Assembly: GCA_051362555.1 (NCBI GenBank)
Contig: CM120640.1
Location: 5,518,001-5,582,000 of the forward strand
Direction: 5' to 3'
Source: Lingula anatina
Taxonomy: Eukaryota; Animalia; Brachiopoda
Length of the DNA stretch: 64,000 nucleotides
Shown here: positions 38,201-49,475 of the stretch, piece by piece
Numbering within the stretch: position 1 is the first letter of the stretch
How the letters are laid out: each line of letters begins with the position of its first letter
Notes under the pieces: model-generated
What the model was told of the DNA's origin: nothing
Seen by the model: only the letters and a program-made list of their open reading frames with translations
Databases searched by the model: none
Position numbers and translations under genes: made by a program

Positions 38201-41200
38201 ACCTGTATAAATCATCATGTCCTTGAACTGGGTGTGTAAAGAACACGAGTCTTGATTTACCTGTAGGATATATTTCATCAACGAGGTGAACATATCACTG
38301 GCTAACACCCTTGATGTAAAACATATGGAACAATATTGTTTGATATATAGTGTTTCATGAGAGAAAAGAAAGGATTTGTTTAGAACCCCTATCACATGTT
38401 GAAAGAAGATATTCTCAGTAAATATCTTTATTTAATGTACCATCTTGGGCAATTCTGTGTTTAACTAAATCATTTGTTAATTTTAAGTTTGAATTCATCT
38501 GATAATATAATTATGTGGCATTTTAGAATGTTTATATACAATGGAAAGTAAGGAAGAAGAAACCAAAAAAGAAATTAATGAAGGAAAATGAAAACTGAAC
38601 TTTTGCACATTCAAAGGGATGCATTTCTTTTCCTTTGAAAAAGTGAGTTAAACACACACCTTAGGTATGGAATTATTTTGTTAACAAAGGTAAAGGTTAC
38701 CCTGGGGAAAGGCATGAAGTCAACTAAAGTTTAACAGCAATTCTCCACACATAATCTCTTGTATAGCGCTACATATGTTAAAACAAATGGGAATTATATT
38801 ACCATGACATGCAAGGAACAACTCCACTGAGTGAATTAGAAATACATTAGCCCTTTGTCAAAGTGGGGCAACCTCTCACCTTCTCCATCATGGAATGCTT
38901 AATCAGTCTAAGCAGAGTAGGGGTGATGTAAAATTTAATGAACATGAACACTGTGGAAACAATATAAATTTAAATGAACACACACACAAACATACACATA
39001 CATCCAGTGAAGGTACAGATTCATTTTGACATGCAATACAAACATGTCCCGGGCTGACCTTTCACAAAACTAACTTGTCTCAACACATCAACACCACATA
39101 TCTATGAAACCACTCATTAAATCGGTCATGCCTGAGGCCCTCCTCACCACACTGAGCACAGGAAGACGTGAGCTGGGTTGATGTGCTAGAACTGGTTGAA
39201 TGCCAGGCTGGGACTGTCTGTATCCGTGTAATATGCTCCTGTAGTGCTAGAGTAGTAGTAGCAGCTGGGAATTAGGATGAAGAGAGCCCAGTGTGTTCAC
39301 TCCTTTAATTCTCTACTTGGGGATGATCAGGATGAGGAAGATTGCTTCATTACTGGCCTGAGCACAGATGGTGTGAATATCTACATCATAGACAGGAATG
39401 GGTATGAAGGGGAAAACAACAGAGTGAAGGTCTTCTCATATGAAGGCGAGTTTAAATTTGACTGGCGTTTTGATGGGCCTCAGGATATCACCGTGTCTGA
39501 GCGCGGAGACATATACGTCACCTCTGAGGGAGAAAAATGTGTTAAGGTCTACAGCAATTTAGACAGGGAAGAAAACCGGAGCAATGGAGAGAACAACAAT
39601 CTGTTTTTGAATCAACTGGAATGTCCATTTGGCATAGCACAGGACAAGGAAGGGCATGTGTTGGTATGTGACAGTAAGCAAAAAACTGTGTACTCCTTTG
39701 ATACAGAGTCGGATGAACTAGTCAACATGCTACAAATCAGTGAGTGGGAATGTCCACAGTACATAGCAGTGAACAAGACCAATGACACCATTGTGGTGTC
39801 TGACTGGGCGGCTGCCTCTGTACACATTGTGAACTCTTCAGGTGATATCTTAGCACAGTATGGCGACTGCCAAAACAACAACCGCGACCCAATGAATATC
39901 CCCCAAGGCGTTTGCTGTGATGAAGATGGTTTTATCTATATAGCAGATTGCTGGAACCACAGAATCATCATGCTTGATCCAGATGGGAAATTTGTGAATT
40001 ATGTTGCCAAGGAAACAGATGGACTACACTTCCCACAAGCCCTTGCCACCAACTCTGCTGGGGAGCTGCTGGTGGCAGAACGCCATTCAGGAATGATCAA
40101 AAGGTTCGAGCTCATAGATGTCCCAATTGAAACCATTTCTCCAGAGGAATTACAACAATTTTTACTATCAGCCTTAAACTACAAGCCAACTTTATTAGCC
40201 ATCTGCTATAGAGGACAACAATATGCTATCACATATGATGTCTGACTTATCAAAAGATTGAACACACTGGATACCATAACTGCTCAATTTTAATTATTCA
40301 ACTTTTGTTCAAGATTGAAAGTAGCAAAAAGACGACATTATAACCTGACACAAAAAACATAGCTATAATACACTACTAATCTAACCCAAAAAGTTGAGTC
40401 TGGCTTATATAGTCATCTTGAATAAAGCTCAGTAACATGAGCTGTAACCAATTTAGATAGAGCTACAACCAGTTTGGTAGAACCCCATTTTTTCATGTTT
40501 ATTTTGGCATACAGTTTTGTGCTATTTACTCTCTTCATTCAATATCAATATGAACTATGCTAAAAATCCCTTCACTGCCACCTTTGCCCTTCCAAACTGA
40601 CAAACCAGTCTAATGAGTCATGAATTAAACAACTGGAAGTGGTTAACCATACAGCAAAGGTAAGGCCAAGGTTGTAAAAATAGTTGGTTCACAGACTGGC
40701 AGAGTATATTTTATATGATGCCATATGCCATTCAGATGTAGGTACTAAAATGTGTTATTTCTAAAAACAAATATGAGCTACATTTTATATAAAAGGAAGA
40801 ATACCTATTTTTTTGTGAAAAGAAGACCACAAAAGACAATCTTGTAAATCTCTCATCTGCACTCAATATATTTCAATGTCTTTTATTACTTCAACATAAA
40901 AAAGGTTACATCTTTTTGCCACTGCACCATTTGTTTTTGGTTCATATTTTTAACCTTTCTTCAGTTTCCCTTCTCCTGTGCTAAGAAAAAGTCTAATCTT
41001 TCAGTGAGCCAAAATTAATCCATGCTTAAGTAATGAACTAGTAACCAGTTTAGATTAATTAAGGAATTGAAATAAAAGAAATCCCAGGGAATAAAAACAA
41101 GCATTTTATCTTCCATTACCAGCTACAGACTTAAACACAAACTATTCTAAAGAATGGAATATAAAAATAATCTAAAGTGATTAAACATGATGACTTTTAG

Positions 41201-42921
41201 CAATGAAATGGGGTCTCAGCAGTATAACTTTACATTATGATACCCTTAAAAATGGGCAATCAATCCGATTTCTTTGTCATAATTGTCATGCTTTAGAAAC
41301 AGAATATCTGTATATCTTACTTGCTGAGCCAGCTTGTATAGCATTCTTGCACTAACCGCAGTTGTGTGAGTTCTTAGAATATTTTTCTTTCCTTCTTCTA
41401 GTTTCCAGTCATAACGGTAGCTGTGTAGATAAAAAATTAGAAAAAAAGAATATATATACATGAGATATGGTGACTGAAAGCTTTGATCCTACTGACTGGT
41501 TAAGCTATCATAAAAACATACTGTAACTAGAAATCACTGGAAACTTTGTGAAATGCTTTTAAAGCCCTGGCATTTAATTCAAATATATCAGATCTATAAT
41601 ATTCCTAATGCCTTATATCTTTCAAGAAAGGTCCTACCAAATACCCCACTGATGAATGATTTAAGTTTGCTGGACCAATCACAAATGCTCACTCACTTAT
41701 CCCCATTTTGTAGTTCCCCTGAAGAGCATGTGAGAAAGTTTTAGACCTGTTCAACTGATGATCAGTCAACATCCAACAGGCAAAACATTAAGTTTTACAC
41801 TTTCTCTAGGTCACCCTATCTAATTTTAAAAAATTAAACATCAAGAATTCAATTTCTCAGTTCATACTGATAAGAGAATCAGAAATTGGAACTCACCCTT
41901 GTGAGCCATATCCTCCTTCTGAATGAACCTTCTTTACTTTGGCTACATAATCTGCTGGTAGTTTGGTCTCATCCGCATACATTGGATCTAAAAAAAAAAC
42001 ACAAGTGATTATATCATATTAGACAGGTTCACCTACCAATCATTTTCAATGAAAATACATAAAAATAAATCTGGATAATTAACTTCACCAAAGCATATTC
42101 ATAAACAAACAACAAACAAGGCAGCAAAGCTGTCAAATGTACAGACAAAAAACAGAAAATAAAGATGCAAAAAAGGTCATTTTGTCAATTTTGATGCAAT
42201 AATAAATAATGCTTAAAATAGCACTGTCAGTCAACACTGAATTTTAATCATGCACAACAGGTAACATGGTCAATAACAGGAGCGGACCCTGAGATATTTT
42301 CTGACAGTATTCCAAAGTATCTATTTTGATCCATCCTCCATTTTGATGGTCTTCCAACAGAAAAAAATAGATACCAGTCAATATAAACTTAATAACCTGT
42401 CTTCCAGAAGACCCAGAAGATGGTCTCAATCCACCCCTTCAATAAGATTACAGTTTCAGGACCATGAGAGTTCAAATTCACATGATGAAAGTCTCAATAT
42501 TTGAAAAATGATGACAGTGCATAAAATAATATTACATAAGTAACATAATGTTTAAAGACATAAAAAACAATACAACTGCTTATGTGGAAATAGAGAAATG
42601 TCAGAGCCTCAGGCAGATGAGAGGTAAAAGTCACAAATGCAAGTGCTTGAGAAAAAATTATAAAGGAAAACATAACAAAACTAGAAAAGCGCTCCGAGAG
42701 TGCAGACTTCTGCCAAGGCAGAAATTGTTGATTATTATTGATTATTGTCCTCTTTGGTCCACTTCTGACAGTTCCTGAACATTTCAGCAAAATTGGTCCA
42801 TAACTTTTTGAGTTATGTTGATGACAGACAAACAGGGGTGAAAATATAACCTCCTTGGCAGAGGTAAATATAATTCCAATGAAGCTGTAAAGCTGCTATT
42901 CAAACTTTTAATCTTTGAGTT

Positions 42922-42994
<73 letters not shown>

Positions 42995-45900
42995 TTATTT
43001 GCAATATTAAACAAAATGTACCTGCATAATTATCACTGCTTTCTTATTATTAGAGCGCATTCTCAACGAATTAAGCCAGGCTTTACAAATTGGTGACCTA
43101 AAAATGGCGGACGTACATGAAAGAAAAACCGCCTAATCTTTTAATAGTCTCTCCGCCTCTCACACGCCTCCCCACACGTTGTCCCTGCGGGGTACAGTAA
43201 TTAAATCTCGGCTCCGAACATTAATATTTCCGTGAATATCTCTGGTGATATTATCTCCGTAGATAGTCGATTCATTGCTGCTCTACGGGCCAAATTATTC
43301 CTTTTTCGTCTCTGTTTTCAAAGATAATAGAACAGAAGAGCTTTTTTCCTTCGATCGCCTTCAGCCGCCATGCTTTCTTCACCACGAGTTTAACTGATGA
43401 GCATGCGCACTTAATATTTCTCAGGTAGCTTCCGCATGGCGAACGGAGCCGAGATTTAATTACTGTACCCCGCAGGGACGACGTGTGGGGAGGCGGAGAG
43501 ACTATTAAAAGATTAGGCGGTTTTTCTTTCATGTACGTCCGCCATTTTTAGGTCACCGGCTTTGTAAAGTCTGGCTTAATTCGTTGAGAATGCGCTCTTA
43601 ATCTAGCAGAGAGCTTAACCTTTGGGAGTTTACAGGGAAATATCAACAAGTGTGCTTTATGTAATCTCATTTAATGTCCTATTAATTAGGCAAATAAGTT
43701 TATAACACTGAAATTAGCTAAGTGATACCCAAGGGAAATTTACAGACTGACTCTCTCAAAGGTCTGTCAGGCCCATAAGTCACAACTTAAGAAAAGCACA
43801 AAACGATAATGCGCAAAATAGGAGACTACCAATTCTGATGCAATAATACATTATGTTTAACTGCACAGTCAACATCAAATTTTAATTTTGCACAACAGGT
43901 AACACAGACGAAGGTAAAAAGCATAAGGCTTCAGGCCCATCAAAGTTCAAGTTTATACTTAGAAAGTGCCAGAATGAGAAAAATAAAAATTTCACACAAA
44001 ATTGCATAAAATTCAATAATAAATGATAACCCAATTGACCTGGCTTTCTAATTTGAACTGCCTGCCAATCCTAAAAATCATACTCATAAGTTAATAATAA
44101 TAAAAAGTTTTTTTTTCATAATGTTTGCAGTAGCAGTGCAAAAAGATATTTGTCAATTTTGATGTAACATTTCATAAAAAATTACAGAATAATTTGCTTT
44201 TCCAACTCAGGCTGCATTTTAGTCCTTTGTTTCTTTTTTGAAAGTTTGACAGTAACATGGTTTTCCCATAATGGTCATCATGGCAGCCGCACCAAAAATT
44301 GTGTTTTCTTCTATTTTGATGCAACATTGCATAATGCTTAACAGCATAATGACCATCAATTTTTTAATAATAAAATATACGTATCATGGATTTTCAGAAA
44401 ATGTGACTAGCATGGGTCTTCAAGCCCATGGAGGTTCTAAGTCACACCTTGAAAATGCCAATAAGTGAAAAATAAAATTTTCACAAAAAAACAGTTTAAT
44501 TGCCAGAAAAATTTACCAAACAGACTGCATTGCCTACTGAAGCTGTATTTTAGTTTCTTTCCAGTAAGTTTGAAAACAGTAAGTGACATGATTTCTCTTA
44601 AATGGTCATCATAGGAGCAGTGTCCAAAATAGGCGTTTCTTCAAATTTTGATGCAATATTACATAATGTTCAACAGCATAATGTCCATCAAATGTTATTA
44701 ATAAAATATTAGTAACATGGACATTCAGAAAATGTGACAAGCAAAGGTCTTCACGATCATGGAACTTCAAAGTCACAACTTGAAAATGCCAAATGTGAAA
44801 AATTAAATTTTCACAAAAAACTGTTTAACTGCCTGAAAAAAATACCATACAGACTGCATTGCCTACTGAAGCTGTATTTTAGTCCCATGTTTCTTTCCTG
44901 TAAGTTTGAGAACAGTAAGTGACATGATTTTCCTTAAATGGTCATCATGGGAGCAGTGCCCAAAATAGGGGTTTCTTCAAATTTTGATGCAATATTACAT
45001 AATGTTTAACAGCATAATGACCATCAATTTTTAATTATAAAATATTATTATCACAGATATTCAGAAAATGTGACTAGCAAAGGTCTTCAGGCCCATGGAA
45101 CTTCAAATTCACATCTTGAAAATGCCAAAATGTAAACAAGACAGCACTGTTCTGAAATGGGTTTATTTCCATTTTTAACACTTTTTTAACATAAAACAAA
45201 AAACATTTTACTGCCATTTTTATATGACCAACTACTGTAAGAAAATTGATGAGATGGAAAAAGTATCAATAGAATAGTGTTAAATGTCCAATTTCCTCCA
45301 TTCTGAGATACTGAACATAGTGGATGATTGAATCTGACAAACTGCAATGATATGAGTTTATTTCCATTTTTAACACTTTATTACGCAATACATAATAACA
45401 AGTTTACCATCATTTTTACGTAATCAACTAACAATGTTGTAAAGATGCAGGAAATATCAAACAAACACTTTTACGTATTTTGTTAGTTCAATAATAAGAA
45501 TTGAATCTGAGGAAAAGTGAAAAAACAGTATAACTTCTAAAATAATGGCATGATTATGCTTATTTTCGAACTCAACCTGTGTTTTAGTAAGATTGACCAC
45601 TCCTGTGAGTATAATGACAATTGGCCAATCTGTTTTTCTTATATTGTGTTATCAATGTTGCATATATGTTGAAAAAAGTGAAAAAACAGCATAACTTCCC
45701 TAAAAATGGCCCGATCATGCTGATTTTCAAACTTGACCTGCGTATTATGAATATTCATCAGTTTTGTAAGTTTCAAGCCAAAAGGTAAAATGGTTTTCTA
45801 CTTATCGTGTTATCGGTGCTGCATATATGCTGAAAAAAGTGAAAAAAAACAGCATAAATTCCCTAAAAATGACCCAATCATGCTGATTTTCGAACTTGAC

Positions 45901-48900
45901 CTGTGTATTATGAATATTCATCAGTTCTGTAAGTTTCAAGCCAAAAGGTAAAATGGTTTTCCACTTATCGTGTTATCGGTGCTGCATATATGCTGAAAAA
46001 AGTGAAAAAACAGCATAAATTCCCTAAAAATGACCCGATCATGCTGATTTTCGAACTTGACCTGCGCATTATGAATATTCATCAGTTCTGTAAGTTTCAA
46101 GCCAAAAAGTAAAATGGTTTTCCACTTATCGTGTTATCGGTGCTGCATATATGCTGAAAAAAGTGAAAAAACAGCATAAATTCCCTAAAAGTGACCCGAT
46201 CATGCTGATTTTCGAACTTGACCTGCGCATTATGAATATTCATCAGTACTGTAAGTTTCAAGCCAAAAGGTAAAATGGTTTTCCACTTATCGTGTTATCG
46301 GTAAAAGTGCACGGCGACAGCGACGGCGACGACAGACGCAGATGACGGCTATATGTACAGACACATCTGTGTCTGTACATAAAAATTCCATCATGCTAGT
46401 GCAAATCACACGTCGACTTAATAATTGATTTTTCTGCATGTTGAAACTTATTGTGACTGACTGGTGCTCTGAACACTTACTTTTTAATGGTAATCTTACC
46501 TGATATGAAGAAGGTATCATGTGCGTCTCTTGCTGGATGCTGCTGTGGCTGGAACAGGGCATCAAAATTCCAGAAACTGCTTTCAATGAAGTTATTGGTT
46601 GGCATTTCTGAGAAACTGGAAAACATTGTTAAAAAAAAGGTTGATCAAACAGATTCAAGAAAAAAAAACATGCATGCATACATATACATATACGTATATA
46701 TATACATCTTGAGAGTATTTTGCACTAATAATTTGCTTATGTGTCATTAATACACTGATGGCATACATATCACATGCACTGATATCACCATACAGATGCT
46801 GAGTTCCACTCTTACCCCATTTCTAGGAATATCTGTCTGTATTCTGCTCTAATCTTCAGGAGAGGATGCAGGTGTCCACTGTCTGGTAGAACACCAAGGG
46901 CTTCAAAGTTGTATGGTTTGAAAGTATGCTCCTTCCAAGAACCACTGAGAATTAAATAAATTTCATAAGCATCTAATCAGAATAAACAAGAGAATTTTAC
47001 CTCTATTCATCTTCCTTGGTCTATTCTGACAAATACAGTTTATGGCTCCTTTTATGTGTAACTTATCAAATAATTAAAAGTTACAGTCACTGTTGCTTAA
47101 AACAAAATATTATGACATTAAATTCAATCATCTTCATTGTTTGAGAAAGGATCGAACTTCATCACTAACATAATTTTATGCAATCATAACTTTTCATTTA
47201 AGAATGCTAGTATGGTAAGTATGGTAGAAAAAGCATACATTTACCTAGACAACATCTCTGGAGTCAAGTCTGTTTCTTGTTTTGATATTGTGAGACTGAA
47301 GTTGCTACCTTTGGTTACAATGAATGAATTGATTTTCCTGAAAACCAAGCAATAAATATAAACAGATTAAATTGTATGCAGACAAGAAGTAAAATGATAA
47401 ATACCACTGAAAATACCATTAACCTGTAAAACACCATTCTTACTCCATCTTTTAAACTGATATTTTGCCTCTACTCTGCCTTTTAAAAACATTTCGTCAC
47501 AAATAAAATATATTGTTTCTGTAGTGATGCTGTAAAAATTTTTTTTCTGCCATACTCACACTTCTTGTATCAATTTTCTCTTCTTGTAGTCTGTTTTTTG
47601 CTGGTCTGTGATGCCATCCAATTGTAAGTTTTGTAACTTTATCAGACTTTGTTGAACAAGATCTTCTATACTCTCAACCTGACATATGAGAGATACATTT
47701 TAATGAGCACATATAAAAAACAAAAAAAAAAAAAAAAAGGAAAAAGCAAGCTGGACTGGTCTTGTGTCAAAAGATGATTGTACAACTATTTTTACTAAAC
47801 TACTAACAAAGATTTTAGTTTATAAAAAATTTAAAAACTACTACGAATACACCCTACAAATATATTTAAATCATAATTTCTAATTACTCACGAGTCACAT
47901 ACCATCATGCTGTGTGTTCTCTAGTTCAGTTTCATTTGAGAATACACACAGAATATAATTATTCAACTCTGATGTTCACAGTAAATATTCACGGGCCAAT
48001 TAACCTTAATAAAAGTGAAGTCCCATAAAAACAGTATGTTCAGACATTGTTTAAATCACAGCATATTGTTTACCTTTCTAAAGACTCTTGGTCCCCCTTC
48101 AGCTTTTTTGTCAATCATGATCCAACCACCTGACATTGCCTTGCTGAAGCCAATCTTAGCATTTGGCACGGATTGCTATAGGATACAAAAAAAATGCATG
48201 TTCAGATATTGCACTGACCATATACACTCCAAAAACAAACAGAGATAAAAAAATCCTCAAAATGTTAAATAATTAAAAGTAAAACCATTTCCACTTTACC
48301 ATTAAGTCAGCCTGCGCAATGCCCTCTACTGGAACAGCATTGAAAACCAGAGCTTCATGGCTACCATTTTCTACAACTGCCTTGCCCTCTTCAGTTAACT
48401 CCCATTTCTTGCTGGTACACTGCTCACAGTTTATTATCTGAAATATATTCATTTTTTTTGTAAGAGTCATTCCCTGGTATTTGTTTTTCCTATCCAATCC
48501 ATTGTTACTCCCTTGCCCTCCTATAACCATGCAGGTAAGTTACAATGTGATGATGCTGAATGATGGAAGGGAGTGTCAATGAAAGCTGCCTACTGATGTG
48601 AGTAACATCATAATTTTAACGGGGGGAGGGGGGGTAAGTATTACTGTGAGGGAGGGGGGCGACGTGAGCGAGTAACAATGCAGGGGCATCAACAGATGAC
48701 CTGAAAAAGGGCATGGATGTTAAGCTTTAAATTTCAAATTGCTGTGGGAACATACAATTTTCATTTGTCACTGTCAATAAAGTAATCACTTGCAAGTTGC
48801 ATTTAACGCATCACTGTACTTACAACGTGGGTAGAGATCGATTGATCGTTTTGGTTTATTTCTATAGGAGTTTCTAGGTGCTTTCTACATAGACCAAGAC

Positions 48901-49235
48901 AAAAAATAAAGCATTAGCCTCATTTTTCCAAACTCAAGATCTTAGAAACTATGGCACATTGTAATCTTGGAAAAGCTGAACAAAAAAGATACGGCAACAT
49001 ATGTCATTAGAATGCAACTGATAATATCGTGTGGTTGCATCAGGCTTCCGTCACTATTAAACTAGTATGTTATGTATTAAAATAAAACCCAAATTACATC
49101 TCCAGCCGACTGTATACTCTTCACTGCTCCAACTATCTTTTGGTGATCTACATTTAATTCTGCAGCTAACTCTAGGGTGTCAATTTTTCCTAGTTTTTCA
49201 ACCCTCTCGAGGATTTCACGTGTGGTGTCCTCCAT
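32268..49235 (-). CDS. FARSA: Phenylalanine-tRNA ligase alpha subunit; 13 coding exons
   Basis: Exons 49235-49098, 48437-48300, 48175-48074, 47678-47560, 47337-47245, 46944-46816, 46615-46500, 41987-41897, 41420-41321, 33777-33609, 33374-33297, 32792-32678, 32376-32268 in phase. Motifs [76 protein letters not shown]. Confidence 0.97.
32963..33095. repeat. About 130-bp dispersed duplicate (second copy about 35608-35740)
   Basis: Near-identical actttacttac...ctatatgccaaataatt in two different FARSA introns. Confidence 0.85.
34479..35114 (+). CDS. Secreted intradiol ring-cleavage dioxygenase-like protein 1 (nested, antisense in FARSA intron 9)
   Basis: Signal peptide [16 protein letters not shown]; motifs [38 protein letters not shown]. 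The ORF extends upstream to an ATG at 34404, but the second Met gives the signal peptide. Confidence 0.9.
   Translation: MKLLWVLSYFLLTVKAQTTGGSCELTPPDVIGPYYMVLKHQRQLEKDENLCEKDPAFASLHKLWVMGQVKSEDCATPLAAAQLEIWQADHTGNYHKFWCRGFIYTNQEGYFQFWTIHPGNYGHRPAHIHFKVTHPGHISIITQMYFAGDAYLGQGDSCSVCASDNPLLIKRECSIEKSRHKAIAFNIILRKGKGMLMLEDTEDEEKGEFNI
35368..35510. repeat. Local duplicate between the two dioxygenase genes (second copy about 36336-36490)
   Basis: ctgcttacagaccatctgttag.tatcacatgctgcttactctgt...gatgtttggg.attatg present twice. Confidence 0.8.
36734..37390 (+). CDS. Secreted intradiol ring-cleavage dioxygenase-like protein 2 (tandem paralog)
   Basis: Signal peptide [23 protein letters not shown]; motifs [49 protein letters not shown] shared with paralog 1. 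Confidence 0.92.
   Translation: MRRLSLILSLFIICSSLLLTIEAQRNGTCLTPPDILGPYYLRLKKQQQLQENDNLCAIDANFSNLRKHMVDGYVRSSDCATPVPGALVEVWQADSKGSYHWDGCRGYTYTNQQGYFKFFTIQPGNYGRRPAHIHFKVSHQGHTTLVTQMYFSGDRYLSPKDSCKVCASDNPLLITRTTPAEIPGYRVTKFDINLELGVGMWLMDDPDLQGYQRYRIKG
39277..40245 (+). CDS. NHL-repeat six-bladed beta-propeller protein (TRIM2/3/71-type C-terminal domain without RING/B-box), nested in FARSA intron 9
   Basis: 322-aa ORF with repeated NHL motifs: [68 protein letters not shown]. Confidence 0.88.
   Translation: MKRAQCVHSFNSLLGDDQDEEDCFITGLSTDGVNIYIIDRNGYEGENNRVKVFSYEGEFKFDWRFDGPQDITVSERGDIYVTSEGEKCVKVYSNLDREENRSNGENNNLFLNQLECPFGIAQDKEGHVLVCDSKQKTVYSFDTESDELVNMLQISEWECPQYIAVNKTNDTIVVSDWAAASVHIVNSSGDILAQYGDCQNNNRDPMNIPQGVCCDEDGFIYIADCWNHRIIMLDPDGKFVNYVAKETDGLHFPQALATNSAGELLVAERHSGMIKRFELIDVPIETISPEELQQFLLSALNYKPTLLAICYRGQQYAITYDV
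42277..42439. mobile_element. Diverged copy of the 7064-7232 hAT-like MITE nested in the HINE
   Basis: Same internal sequence (tcttctgggtcttc.ggaagac...aaaatggagg.tggatcaa); flanked by CAATAA on both sides. Confidence 0.8.
42681..42868 (-). mobile_element. Small Helitron/Helentron-like non-autonomous element nested in the HINE
   Basis: The minus strand starts TTACCTCTGCCAAGGAGGT, has a gtttgtctgtc motif and ends CCTTGGCAGA...hairpin...CTAG; counterpart at 59617-59850. Confidence 0.65.
42924..42987. repeat. (AT)n microsatellite carried in the HINE (shorter at 59534-59568)
   Basis: Pure AT run at the homologous position in both element copies. Confidence 0.95.
43053..43597. mobile_element. 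545-bp PIF/Harbinger (Tourist-like) MITE with about 155-165-bp TIRs and TTA TSD
   Basis: TIRs GAGCGCATTCTCAACGAATTAAGCCAG...; TTA at 43050-43052 and 43598-43600; the homologous site in the other HINE (about 59472) is empty. Confidence 0.92.
44100..45130. repeat. About 337-bp tandem units inside the HINE (about 3 diverged copies; also about 56015-56660 and 57770-58700)
   Basis: tgggcactgc recurs at 57941 and 58278, and ccaaaatagg at 44624 and 44961. Confidence 0.85.
45500..46301. repeat. 161-bp satellite-like tandem array inside the HINE (about 4-5 units)
   Basis: cttatcgtgttatcggt recurs at 45801, 45964, 46125 and 46286; units diverge toward the element's 3' end. Confidence 0.93.
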
Positions 49236-49475
49236 TTCACAGTAGCTTCGCAGTAAAGCAAACTTCCGTAAACATTAAATTACTTTTTCATCGATTGGTA
49301 TCCATTTAAACGCATGGAATCAAATAAAGATAATTTTCAATGAAATCTTTAATAAAAATATGTTCTGTTGGCGCAAATGTAAAAGATCAAATGTTATAAA
49401 ACAACCAGAGCTGTCTACCTCGGAACGTCTAGTGACGTCATCACAACATCTCCCACAGGCACACGAAGGGTAAAT
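49236..49475. promoter_or_regulatory. Inferred bidirectional promoter for FARSA and GCDH with a CRE palindrome and an ETS-like site
   Basis: 240 bp between divergent ATGs; TGACGTCA at 49433-49440; ACTTCCG at 49262-49268. Confidence 0.7.

Larger units (their letters stand above)
42114..46385 (-). mobile_element. Non-autonomous Helentron-associated (HINE/DINE-1-like) composite element, about 4.3 kb, in FARSA intron 7
   Basis: On the minus strand: T-run, head palindrome ATGTACAGACACAGATGTGTCTGTACAT, (CGT/CGC)n microsatellite, tandem arrays, 3' subterminal repeat GTCTGTACAT, short hairpin CAGCTTTGCTG, then TTT. It is the reverse complement of 54341-60437. Confidence 0.85.

Noticed and set aside
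37865-38400. Possible decayed coding relic between dioxygenase 2 and the NHL gene
   Set aside because: Slightly GC-richer with short ORFs, but no motif or family could be recognised in the frames read.
42784-43014. IYIYIY ORFs (also 2532-2759 and 59399-59714)
   Set aside because: Translation of (TA)n microsatellites.
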